Part shown: piece after piece, positions 16,520 through 25,594 of the stretch
Position numbering within the stretch: position 1 is the stretch's first letter
Layout of the letters: each line of letters starts with the position of its first letter
Source of the DNA: a virus
Taxonomy: Duplodnaviria; Caudoviricetes
IMG/VR virus record: IMGVR_UViG_3300049178_000008
Location: 1-29,574 of that record
Direction: 5' to 3' (one strand)
DNA: 29,574 bases
The notes under the pieces: model-generated
What the model saw: only the letters and a program-made list of their open reading frames with translations
The model's database searches: none
Told to the model about the DNA's origin: nothing
Program-made: the position numbers and the translations under genes

Positions 16520-16843
16520 CTATGGAATGAAGCGGACATAAATAGTTACCGTGCTCGTCCCGCCGGAGTTGTTGAAGATGTACATCTGGCTGATCGGAAC
16601 CGTGTCTGAAGCCTTCCCCGAGGCGCTGTCGGTAATAGCAATACCCGAAAACACCAGTGCGCCGGTTGTCTGATTAACAGCCGAAGAGTTGCCCCAATAC
16701 ATATCCGTGTTGGACGCCACGTTAAGTGACACGCAACTGCCGCTGACTGTAATGCCCGCCCCCTGAATTAAGGAGAGAATTGAGACCGCAGTCGCTCCCG
16801 AGGTGACGGTGGCATTAAAGAACGCAAAAGGTGTTTGAGTCAT
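16520..16843 (-). CDS. Small beta-rich putative virion protein
   Basis: GAGG RBS; Ser/Thr/Gly-rich beta composition; lies in the structural operon. Confidence 0.65.
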   Translation of the reverse strand: MTQTPFAFFNATVTSGATAVSILSLIQGAGITVSGSCVSLNVASNTDMYWGNSSAVNQTTGALVFSGIAITDSASGKASDTVPISQMYIFNNSGGTSTVTIYVRFIP

Positions 16844-16846
16844 AAG

Positions 16847-17407
16847 TTACCTCGGCAAAGTTCGTTGTCCCGTTCTCTTATAATGTTCAATCAACATCGG
16901 CGCCGCCAGTTCGTGATGCTCCTCATGATGAACAGCCGGAATGGTTCGTGCTCGGGCCGGCTCGCCTCTTACATGGCCCTTGGGAGGCACGTCTCTCGTA
17001 ACTATCGATCCCGCTCCTACCAAGGCTCCTGCGCCAATTCTGACCCCGGGAAGCACCACTGAGCCTGCACCCACGGAACATCCATCTTCTAGGATCGGCG
17101 GCTGAGCGTAGTAACTGGGATTATTTGCGCGGGGATATCTATCATCCGTAAAGGTCACGTTCGGAGCGATGAAAACATTCTTCCCTATCTGCGAATTGGA
17201 GGGCAGGAAAACCCCTGAACTGATGCGCGTGTTGTCTCCGATGACTGAACCATGACCTATCTCCACCCTTGATCCAATATTACAATTTCTGCCCACAACC
17301 ACTTCTGCCAGAAGAATTGAAAAATGCCAAATCTTTGTCCCTTCACCTATCGTGGCAGTCTTGTCAATGAAGCTGAAGGCTCCGGTATTCTCACTAAGTT
17401 GTAACAT
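16847..17407 (-). CDS. Hexapeptide-repeat sugar N/O-acyltransferase (WxcM/FdtC/WbpD-like)
   Basis: IGEGTKIWHF..VGRNCNIG..IGDNTRI..FIAPNVTFTDDRYP..VGAGSVVLPGVRIGAGALVGAGSIVTRDVP. ATG 17407 follows GAGG. Confidence 0.92.
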   Translation of the reverse strand: MLQLSENTGAFSFIDKTATIGEGTKIWHFSILLAEVVVGRNCNIGSRVEIGHGSVIGDNTRISSGVFLPSNSQIGKNVFIAPNVTFTDDRYPRANNPSYYAQPPILEDGCSVGAGSVVLPGVRIGAGALVGAGSIVTRDVPPKGHVRGEPARARTIPAVHHEEHHELAAPMLIEHYKRTGQRTLPR

Positions 17408-18455
17408 CAAGCACCTCAAGATCCAGAATGTTGTCTGAAAACCCGTTACTCGGAATCACCACTTGATCCTTCACCATCAAAGTCTCGTAAAGACCTTTCA
17501 TGGTATTAGCCATCTCCAGATGATTGGGAACCGGAGACTTAACTCGCGGCTTAACCTCTCCCCGAATGATCTCCGTCAACTCTTCCGCAATCTTTCTTTG
17601 GTCGCCTTCCGTTACCCAGAAGTCGGTATAGGGATTCCCTCGATAGGAAACGGTCTTGCATCCCTTCGCGGCATTCGCCTCAAGGGACATCCGGTTAAAA
17701 TCTCCATACCTCACTAAGCCAACCTGGTAGTCGGTGGACTTAAAGACGTTCCTCAGAGCCGGGCCGTGAAAAGCCAGAGGAGTGATGTGCGCTCCGTAGC
17801 TCGCTCCGTTTCTGTTTACCAAAGGAAAGAACCAGCGGTGCATATCGTTGGGAAGATAGATTGCATGGAGACAGGCATCAGGGATTTGATCATAGATCCA
17901 CGGCCAGATGATAAAGAGATCCAGAGGCCATTTGATCTGATGACAGTTCTCCCCGGTCATCACCGAAGGAGTTCCTACCCATTTCCCGTCGCTTCCGCCC
18001 TCGGCCCAGAAGTCCGTGTCTATCCCCATTGGAACTAGGTGGACTTTGGTGTTCCGGTCACACATCGACTGCATGATGGCCTGATGGCGTGGCCAGTGGG
18101 TAACAATAAGATCGGCGTGGGAGAGCCAATACTGATAGAGCATCCATCCATCCCCGTGACCATAACCTCGGTTGGAACCTTCTTCGACAGCAGAGGTGAA
18201 GATATGCTCAGGAGTCCCATGAGCGGGAAAGACCATCTTGTACTTCTTGGTAGCGCGTTTCTTTAGCTCGTTAGGGAAGTGAGTGTGGGCTACGAAGATA
18301 TCTGAATCAGCCACGGAATCAAGGATCACATCCGAAGTCTCGTGCATGTTAATCAGGGTGGAGTTGAGACCGATTAACGTCTCGGCCTCAGCCATGGATT
18401 TAGCCACGGCATGCATGCCGCTATTGTTCCACGCCGAGCAGTGGCAGATTTTCAC
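17394..18455 (-). CDS. GT-B (GT4-like) glycosyltransferase
   Basis: GTG start after GGAGG. MKICH..SGMHAVA, DIFVAH, AHGTPE, ADLIVT, VPMGIDTDFW, MSLEANAAKGC. Confidence 0.8.
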   Translation of the reverse strand: MKICHCSAWNNSGMHAVAKSMAEAETLIGLNSTLINMHETSDVILDSVADSDIFVAHTHFPNELKKRATKKYKMVFPAHGTPEHIFTSAVEEGSNRGYGHGDGWMLYQYWLSHADLIVTHWPRHQAIMQSMCDRNTKVHLVPMGIDTDFWAEGGSDGKWVGTPSVMTGENCHQIKWPLDLFIIWPWIYDQIPDACLHAIYLPNDMHRWFFPLVNRNGASYGAHITPLAFHGPALRNVFKSTDYQVGLVRYGDFNRMSLEANAAKGCKTVSYRGNPYTDFWVTEGDQRKIAEELTEIIRGEVKPRVKSPVPNHLEMANTMKGLYETLMVKDQVVIPSNGFSDNILDLEVLDVTT

Positions 18456-19091
18456 GCGATTGCCTCCAATGAAAAACGATGATAGCAGCCTATTTCTTCG
18501 TAGTACTGAATCGCCCAATCGAGGCGTGCATTACACTTTCCGCATAGTAAACCCCGCACAATGCCCGTCTCGTGGTCATGATCGAATACCAGTCCACTAG
18601 CACCGCCGCGTCTGACTTTCTTCCCGCAGCTTCCCGCAGATTTCGCAACCCAAGACTTCACGTCTTAGAAATTCCTCATATGTCCATCCTGCACGCTTCA
18701 ACCATTTCTTAAGATGAAGTTCACGAAGGCCCGTGTTACGTTGTCCTCGGTTAGCCTTCTGCCATTCCCATGCCTCTTTGATAAGACGTTCCCTGTTTGT
18801 CATATAGTATTTCCGTCGATATTCTTTACGCGGATGTTTCTGAACATACTGAGACTGATACTCTTTCCATTCAGAAGTTTTCCGGTAAGCGGCATGCCAT
18901 GCTCGAACCTTGTCCTTATTTTCCTCGCCCCATTCCTTCTTCAGCCGCTTGATAAGTTCAGGGTTGTTCTCCCTATAAGCCTGATTGACGGCGAGGGTTC
19001 TTTCTCGGTTAGCCAGATACCACTGTCGCTTGTAAGCCTTGCGAGCGGCTTTTTGCTCATCGGTCAGAGGTTTTCTGTGGCAAACCTTCAC
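18452..19091 (-). pseudogene. Endonuclease VII-family homing endonuclease frameshifted by a 10-bp tandem duplication
   Basis: ORF 18597..19091 ends GCEICG and ORF 18452..18661 holds [28 protein letters not shown] is duplicated at 18620-18639; removing one copy fuses the two frames. Confidence 0.85.
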
Positions 19092-19379
19092 TCAGTTTTC
19101 CTCCAGCCCACAATGCTGACAGGTGTTTGTAAGGACTCCGTTTTGTAAGGTGCCCTTGGGGTAGGAGCGGCAGGTGTCAGGACGGTTCTCATAGTCTTTA
19201 CACAACCGCGTTACCGGGTCAAACATGCGGCAGTTGAATCGCGTCTCTGCACCGGCAGGGAAAGCCAATGAACCCAAATCGCCCTCGCGGAATCCGCCCA
19301 GACTCCACTCGACGTGAGTGATTGGCTTCCCCTCCACCACCAGCGTAAAGTTCTCGCAGCAGTGGCCGGTACAGACCAT
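19092..19379 (-). CDS. YkgJ/FliB-like CxxCxxCC Fe-S/Zn-chelating protein
   Basis: CTGHCC...CRMFDPVTRLCKDYENRPDTCRSYP...C matches the YkgJ-family signature C..LD....C.IYE.RP..CR.YP. Confidence 0.8.
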   Translation of the reverse strand: MVCTGHCCENFTLVVEGKPITHVEWSLGGFREGDLGSLAFPAGAETRFNCRMFDPVTRLCKDYENRPDTCRSYPKGTLQNGVLTNTCQHCGLEEN

Positions 19380-19381
19380 CT

Positions 19382-20290
19382 CTATCCGCCCTTGCTCGCC
19401 ACCCGGGAAGTTAATGTGGACAGCCCTGTGGACCCTGATACAACGCCACTCTGAGCCACGGAGATGTTGAGCGAATCGCTTAACACGCCGCTCTGGGCCA
19501 CCGAGATATTCACCGAGTCGCTGATCACGCCGCTCTGGGCGATTGAGGTATTGGCGGAAACACTGACCGCCTTTGAATCGGCGGTCGAAGTCAGGATGGA
19601 GTCCGATACTGCTTTCGAGTCTGCTGTCGAAGCTCCCGTGCCTGCGGAGCCGCCTGTTGACTGAGCCGTGGAAATCAGAATTGATTGAGACGTGTTCTGA
19701 CTGCCTGCCGTGGAGATAAGAACCGAATCACTGACCGCTTTGGAGTCTGCCGTTGAGGCTGCCAAGCCTGCCGAAGTGCCTGCCGAAAGAGCAGTAGAAG
19801 CAAGGATTGAATCTGATACCGCTTTCGAGTCTGCTACCGATGCGCGAGTGCCGCCGCTGACGCCTTTGGAGTCCGCCACAGAGATGTTCAGAGAATCGCT
19901 TACTGCTTTGGAGTCTGCGGTTGAGGCCTGAAGTCCCGAAGAATCTGCTTTGGAGCCTGCCGTAGTGGCGGTGGTGATGTTCTGCCTCTCTACAACCACC
20001 CACGTTCCGTCCTGCAAGGTACTCAGCAAGACCGCCGTGTTACCGGAGCTTGAGAGATTGGAACTGAACGTCCCGGCGGCGTTGGTAATCGTCGCAGTGT
20101 TGCCCGAGACATCGTTGGCGTCCAGGAACAACAGGAGTTCATGATATGCGCCGTCCGTGAATGTCGGAATGGTGATGGTGAAGTTCCCGCCCGTGGTGTT
20201 GACCTTAACAGCGTAATCCTCCGGTTGAAGGGTTACGGTCGTGCTCACCGCTCGGGTGTAGGCATTCCGGTCTATGTTTTGAATTGGCAT
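19382..20290 (-). CDS. Fibre protein: N-terminal beta domain plus about 14 Ser-rich 14-residue repeats
   Basis: N-terminal VTLQPEDYAVKVNTTGGNFTITIP..NTATIT fibre-type domain; repeat consensus STADSKAVSDSxxx; AAGGAG RBS. Confidence 0.85.
   Translation of the reverse strand: MPIQNIDRNAYTRAVSTTVTLQPEDYAVKVNTTGGNFTITIPTFTDGAYHELLLFLDANDVSGNTATITNAAGTFSSNLSSSGNTAVLLSTLQDGTWVVVERQNITTATTAGSKADSSGLQASTADSKAVSDSLNISVADSKGVSGGTRASVADSKAVSDSILASTALSAGTSAGLAASTADSKAVSDSVLISTAGSQNTSQSILISTAQSTGGSAGTGASTADSKAVSDSILTSTADSKAVSVSANTSIAQSGVISDSVNISVAQSGVLSDSLNISVAQSGVVSGSTGLSTLTSRVASKGG
19385..19966 (-). repeat. Degenerate 42-bp coding tandem repeat
   Basis: STADSKAVSDSLNI/SVADSKGVSGGTRA/SVADSKAVSDSILA/STALSAGTSAGLAA/STADSKAVSDSVLI/... 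Confidence 0.9.
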
Positions 20291-20299
20291 TGTTTCTCC

Positions 20300-20764
20300 T
20301 TAAGCCCCGGCTGCAGCCATCATGGCTCCCATGGCTCCCTGCTGCATTGCAGGCATGATCTTGGCACTGAAAGGTGTCTTTTGAACCTGATTCTGGTTAT
20401 AGGTTCCTCCGGTCTGCACTAATGGAGGAGCGGTCAATGAAGCCAGATAAGCGTTTTTCTGGAAGTTCTGCTGGTTTACATCATATTGTCCTACGCGGGC
20501 CTGCTGGGCTGCCTGTTCATCTATTTGTCGATTACCTGCTCTTAGGGCCATATCCTGCATCGCCGGAGTCGTGTAGCCGCCTGTGGGGTTTTGATATGTG
20601 TTATATAGGTTGCGTTTTGCTGCTGCGGCGCGATAGGGAATGCTCGGGTCCATCTGAAACTGCGTGCCCCGCAGAGTCTGGATATCAGGTGATTCCGCCC
20701 CGGGCATGCGAGCGTAAGTAGCAGTGGTTGCGCCCGTGGTTTTTACATCATGATGCGTACTCAT
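20300..20764 (-). CDS. Putative internal virion/ejection (pilot) protein
   Basis: Q/A/T-rich with a C-terminal GAMGAMMAAAG hydrophobic tail; position after the GNAT-like gene as for P22 gp7 (positional inference). Confidence 0.55.
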   Translation of the reverse strand: MSTHHDVKTTGATTATYARMPGAESPDIQTLRGTQFQMDPSIPYRAAAAKRNLYNTYQNPTGGYTTPAMQDMALRAGNRQIDEQAAQQARVGQYDVNQQNFQKNAYLASLTAPPLVQTGGTYNQNQVQKTPFSAKIMPAMQQGAMGAMMAAAGA

Positions 20765-21221
20765 ATTTCTTGCTGACCCTGACCCATCTTAAGCGGCCCA
20801 CCTGTTCCTCAACTCCGTCTCTTTCCAGCCCACATGCCTGAGCCACGCTGAAAATACCACGATTTCGTGAAATTACGCCACCAAATATTTCAGCAGGTTT
20901 CCACTCCCTCACCACAACCGCTTCGATGTTCAAAAGAGCAATCAACAACTCATTGCGGTCGGCGCCTCTTTCGCAGTCGATGTGAATCTCAAACCTTTTC
21001 CCTTCAGGACGAAACGTCACCAAAGCCCAGAGATGATCCGAAAACACCCCGATAGTTACTCTCCGTTTCATCAAAGCGAACCACTGACGAAAGTGAGCGA
21101 TGTAGTCCCATTTCCTGATGAGGCGAGGATAGGATTCCTTCCATCTCCACGCCTCGCGAAAGAAGCGTTCATCCTTCTCGGGGTGGAGGATTCGCAAGCT
21201 CAAGTTTCCGTATTCGCTCAT
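20748..21221 (-). CDS. GNAT-like protein of the virion module
   Basis: FEIHID..EIFGGVISRNRGIFSVAQACGLERDG resembles the GNAT N...+.GF..EG motif; positional analogue of P22 gp14/T7 gp13. Start uncertain. Confidence 0.6.
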   Translation of the reverse strand: MSEYGNLSLRILHPEKDERFFREAWRWKESYPRLIRKWDYIAHFRQWFALMKRRVTIGVFSDHLWALVTFRPEGKRFEIHIDCERGADRNELLIALLNIEAVVVREWKPAEIFGGVISRNRGIFSVAQACGLERDGVEEQVGRLRWVRVSKKYEYAS

Positions 21222-22122
21222 GTAACTCAAAGATATAAAGAAAAGCCTGCTCCAAGGAAGCAAGCAACATATCCCCGCGATCAAAGAAGCCTGATTCTTT
21301 GAACCGGGTCATCTGCGGTAGCTCAAGATCCTTCTCGCAAATTGCCTTCGTCTCATCAATGCTGGGAAGTCCTTTGTAATCCTCAGCTCCGAACTTCCCG
21401 GCATACTTCTCAAGCGCTCCCTTAAAGAAGTGTTCAAACACCCAGCCGGGATTTGTATATGCCGTGCCGTTCTTGAAAAGGTCCGTGGCCGCGTTCAGCG
21501 TGCCCAAGCCTTTATCTCCGCCTGTCGGTGCCCCTAGTAATAGTCCTCCCGTAGCTCCGAATGAACCGCCTATTGACCCGGCAGCATAGGCAAAAGCCAG
21601 CTTTGCCCCCGCCGCTGCCCCGCCAACGATGAAATTGGAGTTTGTTTCATCCCATGCTGCCTGAGCACGAACCGCTCCGTTGTGATACCAGTAAGCAGAG
21701 GTGAATTGAGACGTGTCGTTATCGATTATGACCTGATCATCATTCGCCCCTTTTACATGGAGCTTTCTGCCGGGAGATGCGGTGCCTATGCCTAGGCGAT
21801 GATTTGTCCCGTCCCAGAAATGGTTTGCGTTGTCCTGAGCAAAGGTGGTGGCATTACTAAGATAAGGAATGCTGCCTGCCGTCCATGCAGTCTGGTTCGT
21901 CCCTCCATTGGCGGTAGCCAGCGTTCCGGCAACGGTAATTGTTGAACCTGCCCCGGTAAAAGTAAGGCCGGTAGTACCACCAAAAGCCACATTAGGGCCG
22001 CTGGCTCCGGCAATGGTCACTACTGCCGCCCCGACTCCCTGCGTGGCCTCAAAAACAGGAAGGGCGGCTTGGGTCGAGTAGTCGTTATAGATAACGTCCG
22101 GGTTGTTATAGACATCTTCCAT
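21169..22122 (-). CDS. Tail fibre/needle with C-terminal chaperone-like coiled-coil domain
   Basis: GTLATANGGT, FWDGTNHRLGIGTASPGRKLHV fibre motifs; C-terminal PGWVF..LPSIDE..LP..LLASLEQAFLYIFEL. Confidence 0.75.
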   Translation of the reverse strand: MEDVYNNPDVIYNDYSTQAALPVFEATQGVGAAVVTIAGASGPNVAFGGTTGLTFTGAGSTITVAGTLATANGGTNQTAWTAGSIPYLSNATTFAQDNANHFWDGTNHRLGIGTASPGRKLHVKGANDDQVIIDNDTSQFTSAYWYHNGAVRAQAAWDETNSNFIVGGAAAGAKLAFAYAAGSIGGSFGATGGLLLGAPTGGDKGLGTLNAATDLFKNGTAYTNPGWVFEHFFKGALEKYAGKFGAEDYKGLPSIDETKAICEKDLELPQMTRFKESGFFDRGDMLLASLEQAFLYIFELHERIRKLELANPPPREG

Positions 22123-24221
22123 TAATTACGAATTCCCTGCTCGGCTGCGGCAATTTCTATCTCATGCACCTGATCCCTGATCGCGTCCGTGCCGTTGTAT
22201 GTTCCCTCAATCCTTACCGTGCTCTGCACGAGGTTAGGGCAATTAACCTGGTTCTGGGCGTACTGCGTGACGGTGCTTGAATCCGTCTGTGAGATTGCCC
22301 CGGTAAGACTGGAACTGTTCCCCGTCTCCAGAGAAGTCACAGGAATGGATTCGGTCGCTTGTGCCCCAAATCCTCCGACACTTGAACTCGTGGCCTTTCC
22401 GGTAAAGCGGATTCTCTTCACGACATGAGCACGCAGTTCCTGACCGTAGTCCGAAAAGCATGGAGCCACATACCACGGGACGCTTGCTCCCGCCGGTTGA
22501 TCGAAGGTGTAGGTTCCTATGGAGATTGAATCATTCGCCAGTCTGCCGCCCATAAGCATTTGCAGGAAGTTGCCCACCGTGGCTACTCCGGTAACGATCA
22601 TGTCCTGAGTCGTGGAAGTAAAAGTAAGATCTCCAATCCATGCATCCTGTCTTAGCCCGAACATCAGCACCCGGGTAGTCCAGAAGCCTGAAGCATTCAA
22701 TGAATCGCAGGCGTGGAAGAAACACACCGCGTTGTTCTGCGGATCTAACGCTACGGTGACATTCCCCGGCACCCAGTTACGGGTGATCTCCTGAACCGGG
22801 ATTCCGAAGTCAAACTTCTCCGATCCGACTGTACCGTCATTAACTGATCTCGCCGGGCCTCTGAGGGTGTAGCCATAGAGGACTTCATCCACAAAAATCA
22901 GTTGGTTCCAATTGGCAAACCCTACCGTCCAAAACGGCCTGATGATGACCGGAATATCAGGATCAGGCGTGCCCTGAGCAATCTCCAGATGGTTCGCGGT
23001 TAAGAGATAAACCCTTCCCTGAGCGGATACGGCCCCGATGATGATCTCCGGCGGCGAAGAGGCAAAGGCGATTTGTACCGGCGCTGCTTCAATGTTGTTC
23101 GGCTTGGCCGGGAAGATGAACGGCCCGGGAGAGGAGTTATTCAGTCCCTGACAGGAGATCCAGAGATAGATGTTATTCAGTCCCGCGATGAACAGAGCAT
23201 TCGGCGGAGCGAAGTTGTCAAAGTCTACCAAGCCATTAGCTTCCACTTCTCCGTCCAGCCATTCAACCGTCTTGGTAAACCCTGCGGAGCTTCCAGTGTA
23301 GGGAGTGAGATTTAAGAGATACCACGGGCCTTCGATGTAGTTCTTGTCAGCCCCGAGAGAGTCGGCATACCTTGTGACCCACGCATACCATCCATCCTGT
23401 CCGTTGGCGGTGTCCATTGCGGGAAAGGTGATGTCAACCCGATGGTTAGCGGCGGCGAGCGTCACGGTCTGAGGCACTGAGGGATTATTAAATCCCAGGG
23501 TCGCCGTGCGGGCAGGGGTGATCACGACTCCGTAGGTGCCTGCCTGCATGTTCTTCGTGCCGCCCGCAGCGTTATCAGCCAGAGTCGGCGCGGCGGAAGT
23601 GGCCATGCCTAACGTGAAGTTCGTGTAAGTTCCAGCGCCTGAGTTGTAGATGGAAATCTGTGGCGCTCGGGTAAGGGTTAGCGAGGAACTAAGAGCTGAA
23701 CCGTTGATCCTCGCCACCCCTTGACCGACACTCAGTAAGGTGCCTTTATCAAGACGTTTGAAGTTTCCAAAGATGCACGTCCCAATGTCCTGATCCACAG
23801 GGAAGATCACCGGCAGACGGGTTCCCGTCAAACCCGAGGCGGTGTCAGCAGGCGTCTGCCAGCAGATGAAGTGCGTATCATCAATAATCCTCTTCACCGC
23901 AATCAGGTAAGACTTGTGCGTTCCCGAATTCACCAGAAGCACGAACTGTCCCGGATTGAGTTCAGTCGTGAATGCTGTCGTCGTCCCTGTGACCGTTGAA
24001 GTTCCATTGATAGCAATCGTGCCCGTGAGATTCAGAGTAGCGATTGTTTGCGAGAGAGAAAGCGAGCCTCCGTAACATTGGGGATAACTGAGATTACCGA
24101 TCCCCTGAATGATCATGTTCTGCATCCGGTAGATTAGCTGGTTGGCCTCCGACCCGGAGCGAGGCTGGGTTGGAAAATACGCGCTGAAACGAATATTTCT
24201 CGCCGGTAAATTAGCACCCAT
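22122..24221 (-). CDS. Putative tail hub/nozzle (P22 gp10 or T7 gp12 analogue)
   Basis: 699 aa, beta-rich; C-terminal SDYGQELRAHVVKRIRF..VRIEG..VHEIEI; lies between adaptors and fibre. Confidence 0.6.
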   Translation of the reverse strand: MGANLPARNIRFSAYFPTQPRSGSEANQLIYRMQNMIIQGIGNLSYPQCYGGSLSLSQTIATLNLTGTIAINGTSTVTGTTTAFTTELNPGQFVLLVNSGTHKSYLIAVKRIIDDTHFICWQTPADTASGLTGTRLPVIFPVDQDIGTCIFGNFKRLDKGTLLSVGQGVARINGSALSSSLTLTRAPQISIYNSGAGTYTNFTLGMATSAAPTLADNAAGGTKNMQAGTYGVVITPARTATLGFNNPSVPQTVTLAAANHRVDITFPAMDTANGQDGWYAWVTRYADSLGADKNYIEGPWYLLNLTPYTGSSAGFTKTVEWLDGEVEANGLVDFDNFAPPNALFIAGLNNIYLWISCQGLNNSSPGPFIFPAKPNNIEAAPVQIAFASSPPEIIIGAVSAQGRVYLLTANHLEIAQGTPDPDIPVIIRPFWTVGFANWNQLIFVDEVLYGYTLRGPARSVNDGTVGSEKFDFGIPVQEITRNWVPGNVTVALDPQNNAVCFFHACDSLNASGFWTTRVLMFGLRQDAWIGDLTFTSTTQDMIVTGVATVGNFLQMLMGGRLANDSISIGTYTFDQPAGASVPWYVAPCFSDYGQELRAHVVKRIRFTGKATSSSVGGFGAQATESIPVTSLETGNSSSLTGAISQTDSSTVTQYAQNQVNCPNLVQSTVRIEGTYNGTDAIRDQVHEIEIAAAEQGIRN

Positions 24222-24805
24222 CAGGTTTCTATTTCCTTCGCCACCTTGCCGCGTAACATCTCTGCTCCGGTTTCGATAATGTCACTGATGATCTCATCCA
24301 CAATGTTAAGCACATCATTAGCCGTTGCCGGCATCGTGGGAACAGTAGGAGCGTTGAACGACCGACTTCCGGTAAACCCGGAACTGGGACTGTAACCCAC
24401 TCCCGGCAAGGTCAGAACCATTGAGTCACCACCGACAATCGAGTAATAGGCGTAGGCCGCAAAGATGCCTTGCCTTAGTCCGGGATCGGTAAAATCACTA
24501 AAATTACGCACCCACGAATAAAGAACCGTGGTGTCGGCAGGATCGAACAGCGTGCTGTCCTCCATCCACTTCGTGAGGACGAAAGAAGGAATAGTGCCTA
24601 CTCCGTTCGTGAAGTTCACCGAAACCGTCTGCTTTAATAATCCACGCTTGCGAGGATCGGCAGCCGCATTCTCTGCTACAGCCTGAAGCACGACGGGCAT
24701 CTGAGCTTCCGCCATACCCGCCGCGTCAAGGTTCGCCGCTTCGAAGTTCGTCCCGCCGCGCTGGGCCATTGCCACTGTCCGGTAGATCAGTTCGGTATAA
24801 ATCAC
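24221..24805 (-). CDS. Putative head-tail adaptor
   Basis: Helix-beta-helix layout (MIYTELI.., central beta region, DEIISDIIE); coupled to neighbours. Confidence 0.55.
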   Translation of the reverse strand: MIYTELIYRTVAMAQRGGTNFEAANLDAAGMAEAQMPVVLQAVAENAAADPRKRGLLKQTVSVNFTNGVGTIPSFVLTKWMEDSTLFDPADTTVLYSWVRNFSDFTDPGLRQGIFAAYAYYSIVGGDSMVLTLPGVGYSPSSGFTGSRSFNAPTVPTMPATANDVLNIVDEIISDIIETGAEMLRGKVAKEIET

Positions 24806-25515
24806 GCTGCTTTCTCCACCACCTGAGAAGTTGGATCAACGGACATGTAGCCTTCTTTGACCTGCTGAACCCACTGATCGTACAACTGCCCAAACCTCGA
24901 AGCCTGCAGGACGAATTCATCATCACGAATACATTGCCTTAATGCCGCATTCACCATCGCCGCCAGAGCATCATCAGGCAGGAAAACATTCGTCGTAAGA
25001 TCCAGCGAATCTGAAGAAGGGCGGGTGTAGGCAATCACATCCACCACCGCATTTGCTACGGTGTGATAAAGCCTCCGGTCACTCAGGGCGTACCACCAGA
25101 CAGGAATCAGCCACATCCCTCCCGGATTCACCACCCGGTCCTGAACCTGACGCAGTTCGTTCTTGGTCAAAGGCTGGGAGGTAGCAACATCTCTCACGTC
25201 CCCGAAGATCCCAATCACCGGCACTCCCGCGGCGTTCGTTTTCACCAGCGAGCCGTAAGGAAGATTTGCGGTTTGAGTTATTAGCGCAGAGCGATAGGGA
25301 TGATCTCCCGTTGAGGCGACTGTGGTGATGAGTTCCGCTTCGCCGTCAATCATCTTGTCCTTCAAAGCAAGGAAGGGAAAGATGGAAGATTGAAAGTTCG
25401 CTGAAGTCAGAGGAATCGTGGCGTAAGTAGTCTGTAAGGTCGCAGGCGTCGCTCCAGTGAGAGCATTCACCGCAATGGCGATATTCCTTAAAACCGTGTT
25501 ATAAGTCACTGACAT
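24802..25515 (-). CDS. Putative head-tail adaptor
   Basis: C-terminal LPDDALAAMVNAAL..YDQWV is typical of adaptor/tubular protein A families. Confidence 0.55.
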   Translation of the reverse strand: MSVTYNTVLRNIAIAVNALTGATPATLQTTYATIPLTSANFQSSIFPFLALKDKMIDGEAELITTVASTGDHPYRSALITQTANLPYGSLVKTNAAGVPVIGIFGDVRDVATSQPLTKNELRQVQDRVVNPGGMWLIPVWWYALSDRRLYHTVANAVVDVIAYTRPSSDSLDLTTNVFLPDDALAAMVNAALRQCIRDDEFVLQASRFGQLYDQWVQQVKEGYMSVDPTSQVVEKAA

Positions 25516-25594
25516 TATAGTATCCTTAGAACGAGGCCGCGGGATGCGTGAACACCCCGAAGCCTCTAATCACCGATTCTGCAAAGGAGAACCG

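Noticed and set aside
18714-19148. 144-aa hydrophobic + strand ORF
   Set aside because: Shadow of the Lys/Arg/Glu-rich endonuclease N-terminus; the hydrophobicity follows from the complementary codons.
19385-19966. Periodic repeats as a CRISPR array or DGR template
   Set aside because: They are in-frame coding repeats with synonymous divergence, no spacers, and there is no reverse transcriptase in the window.
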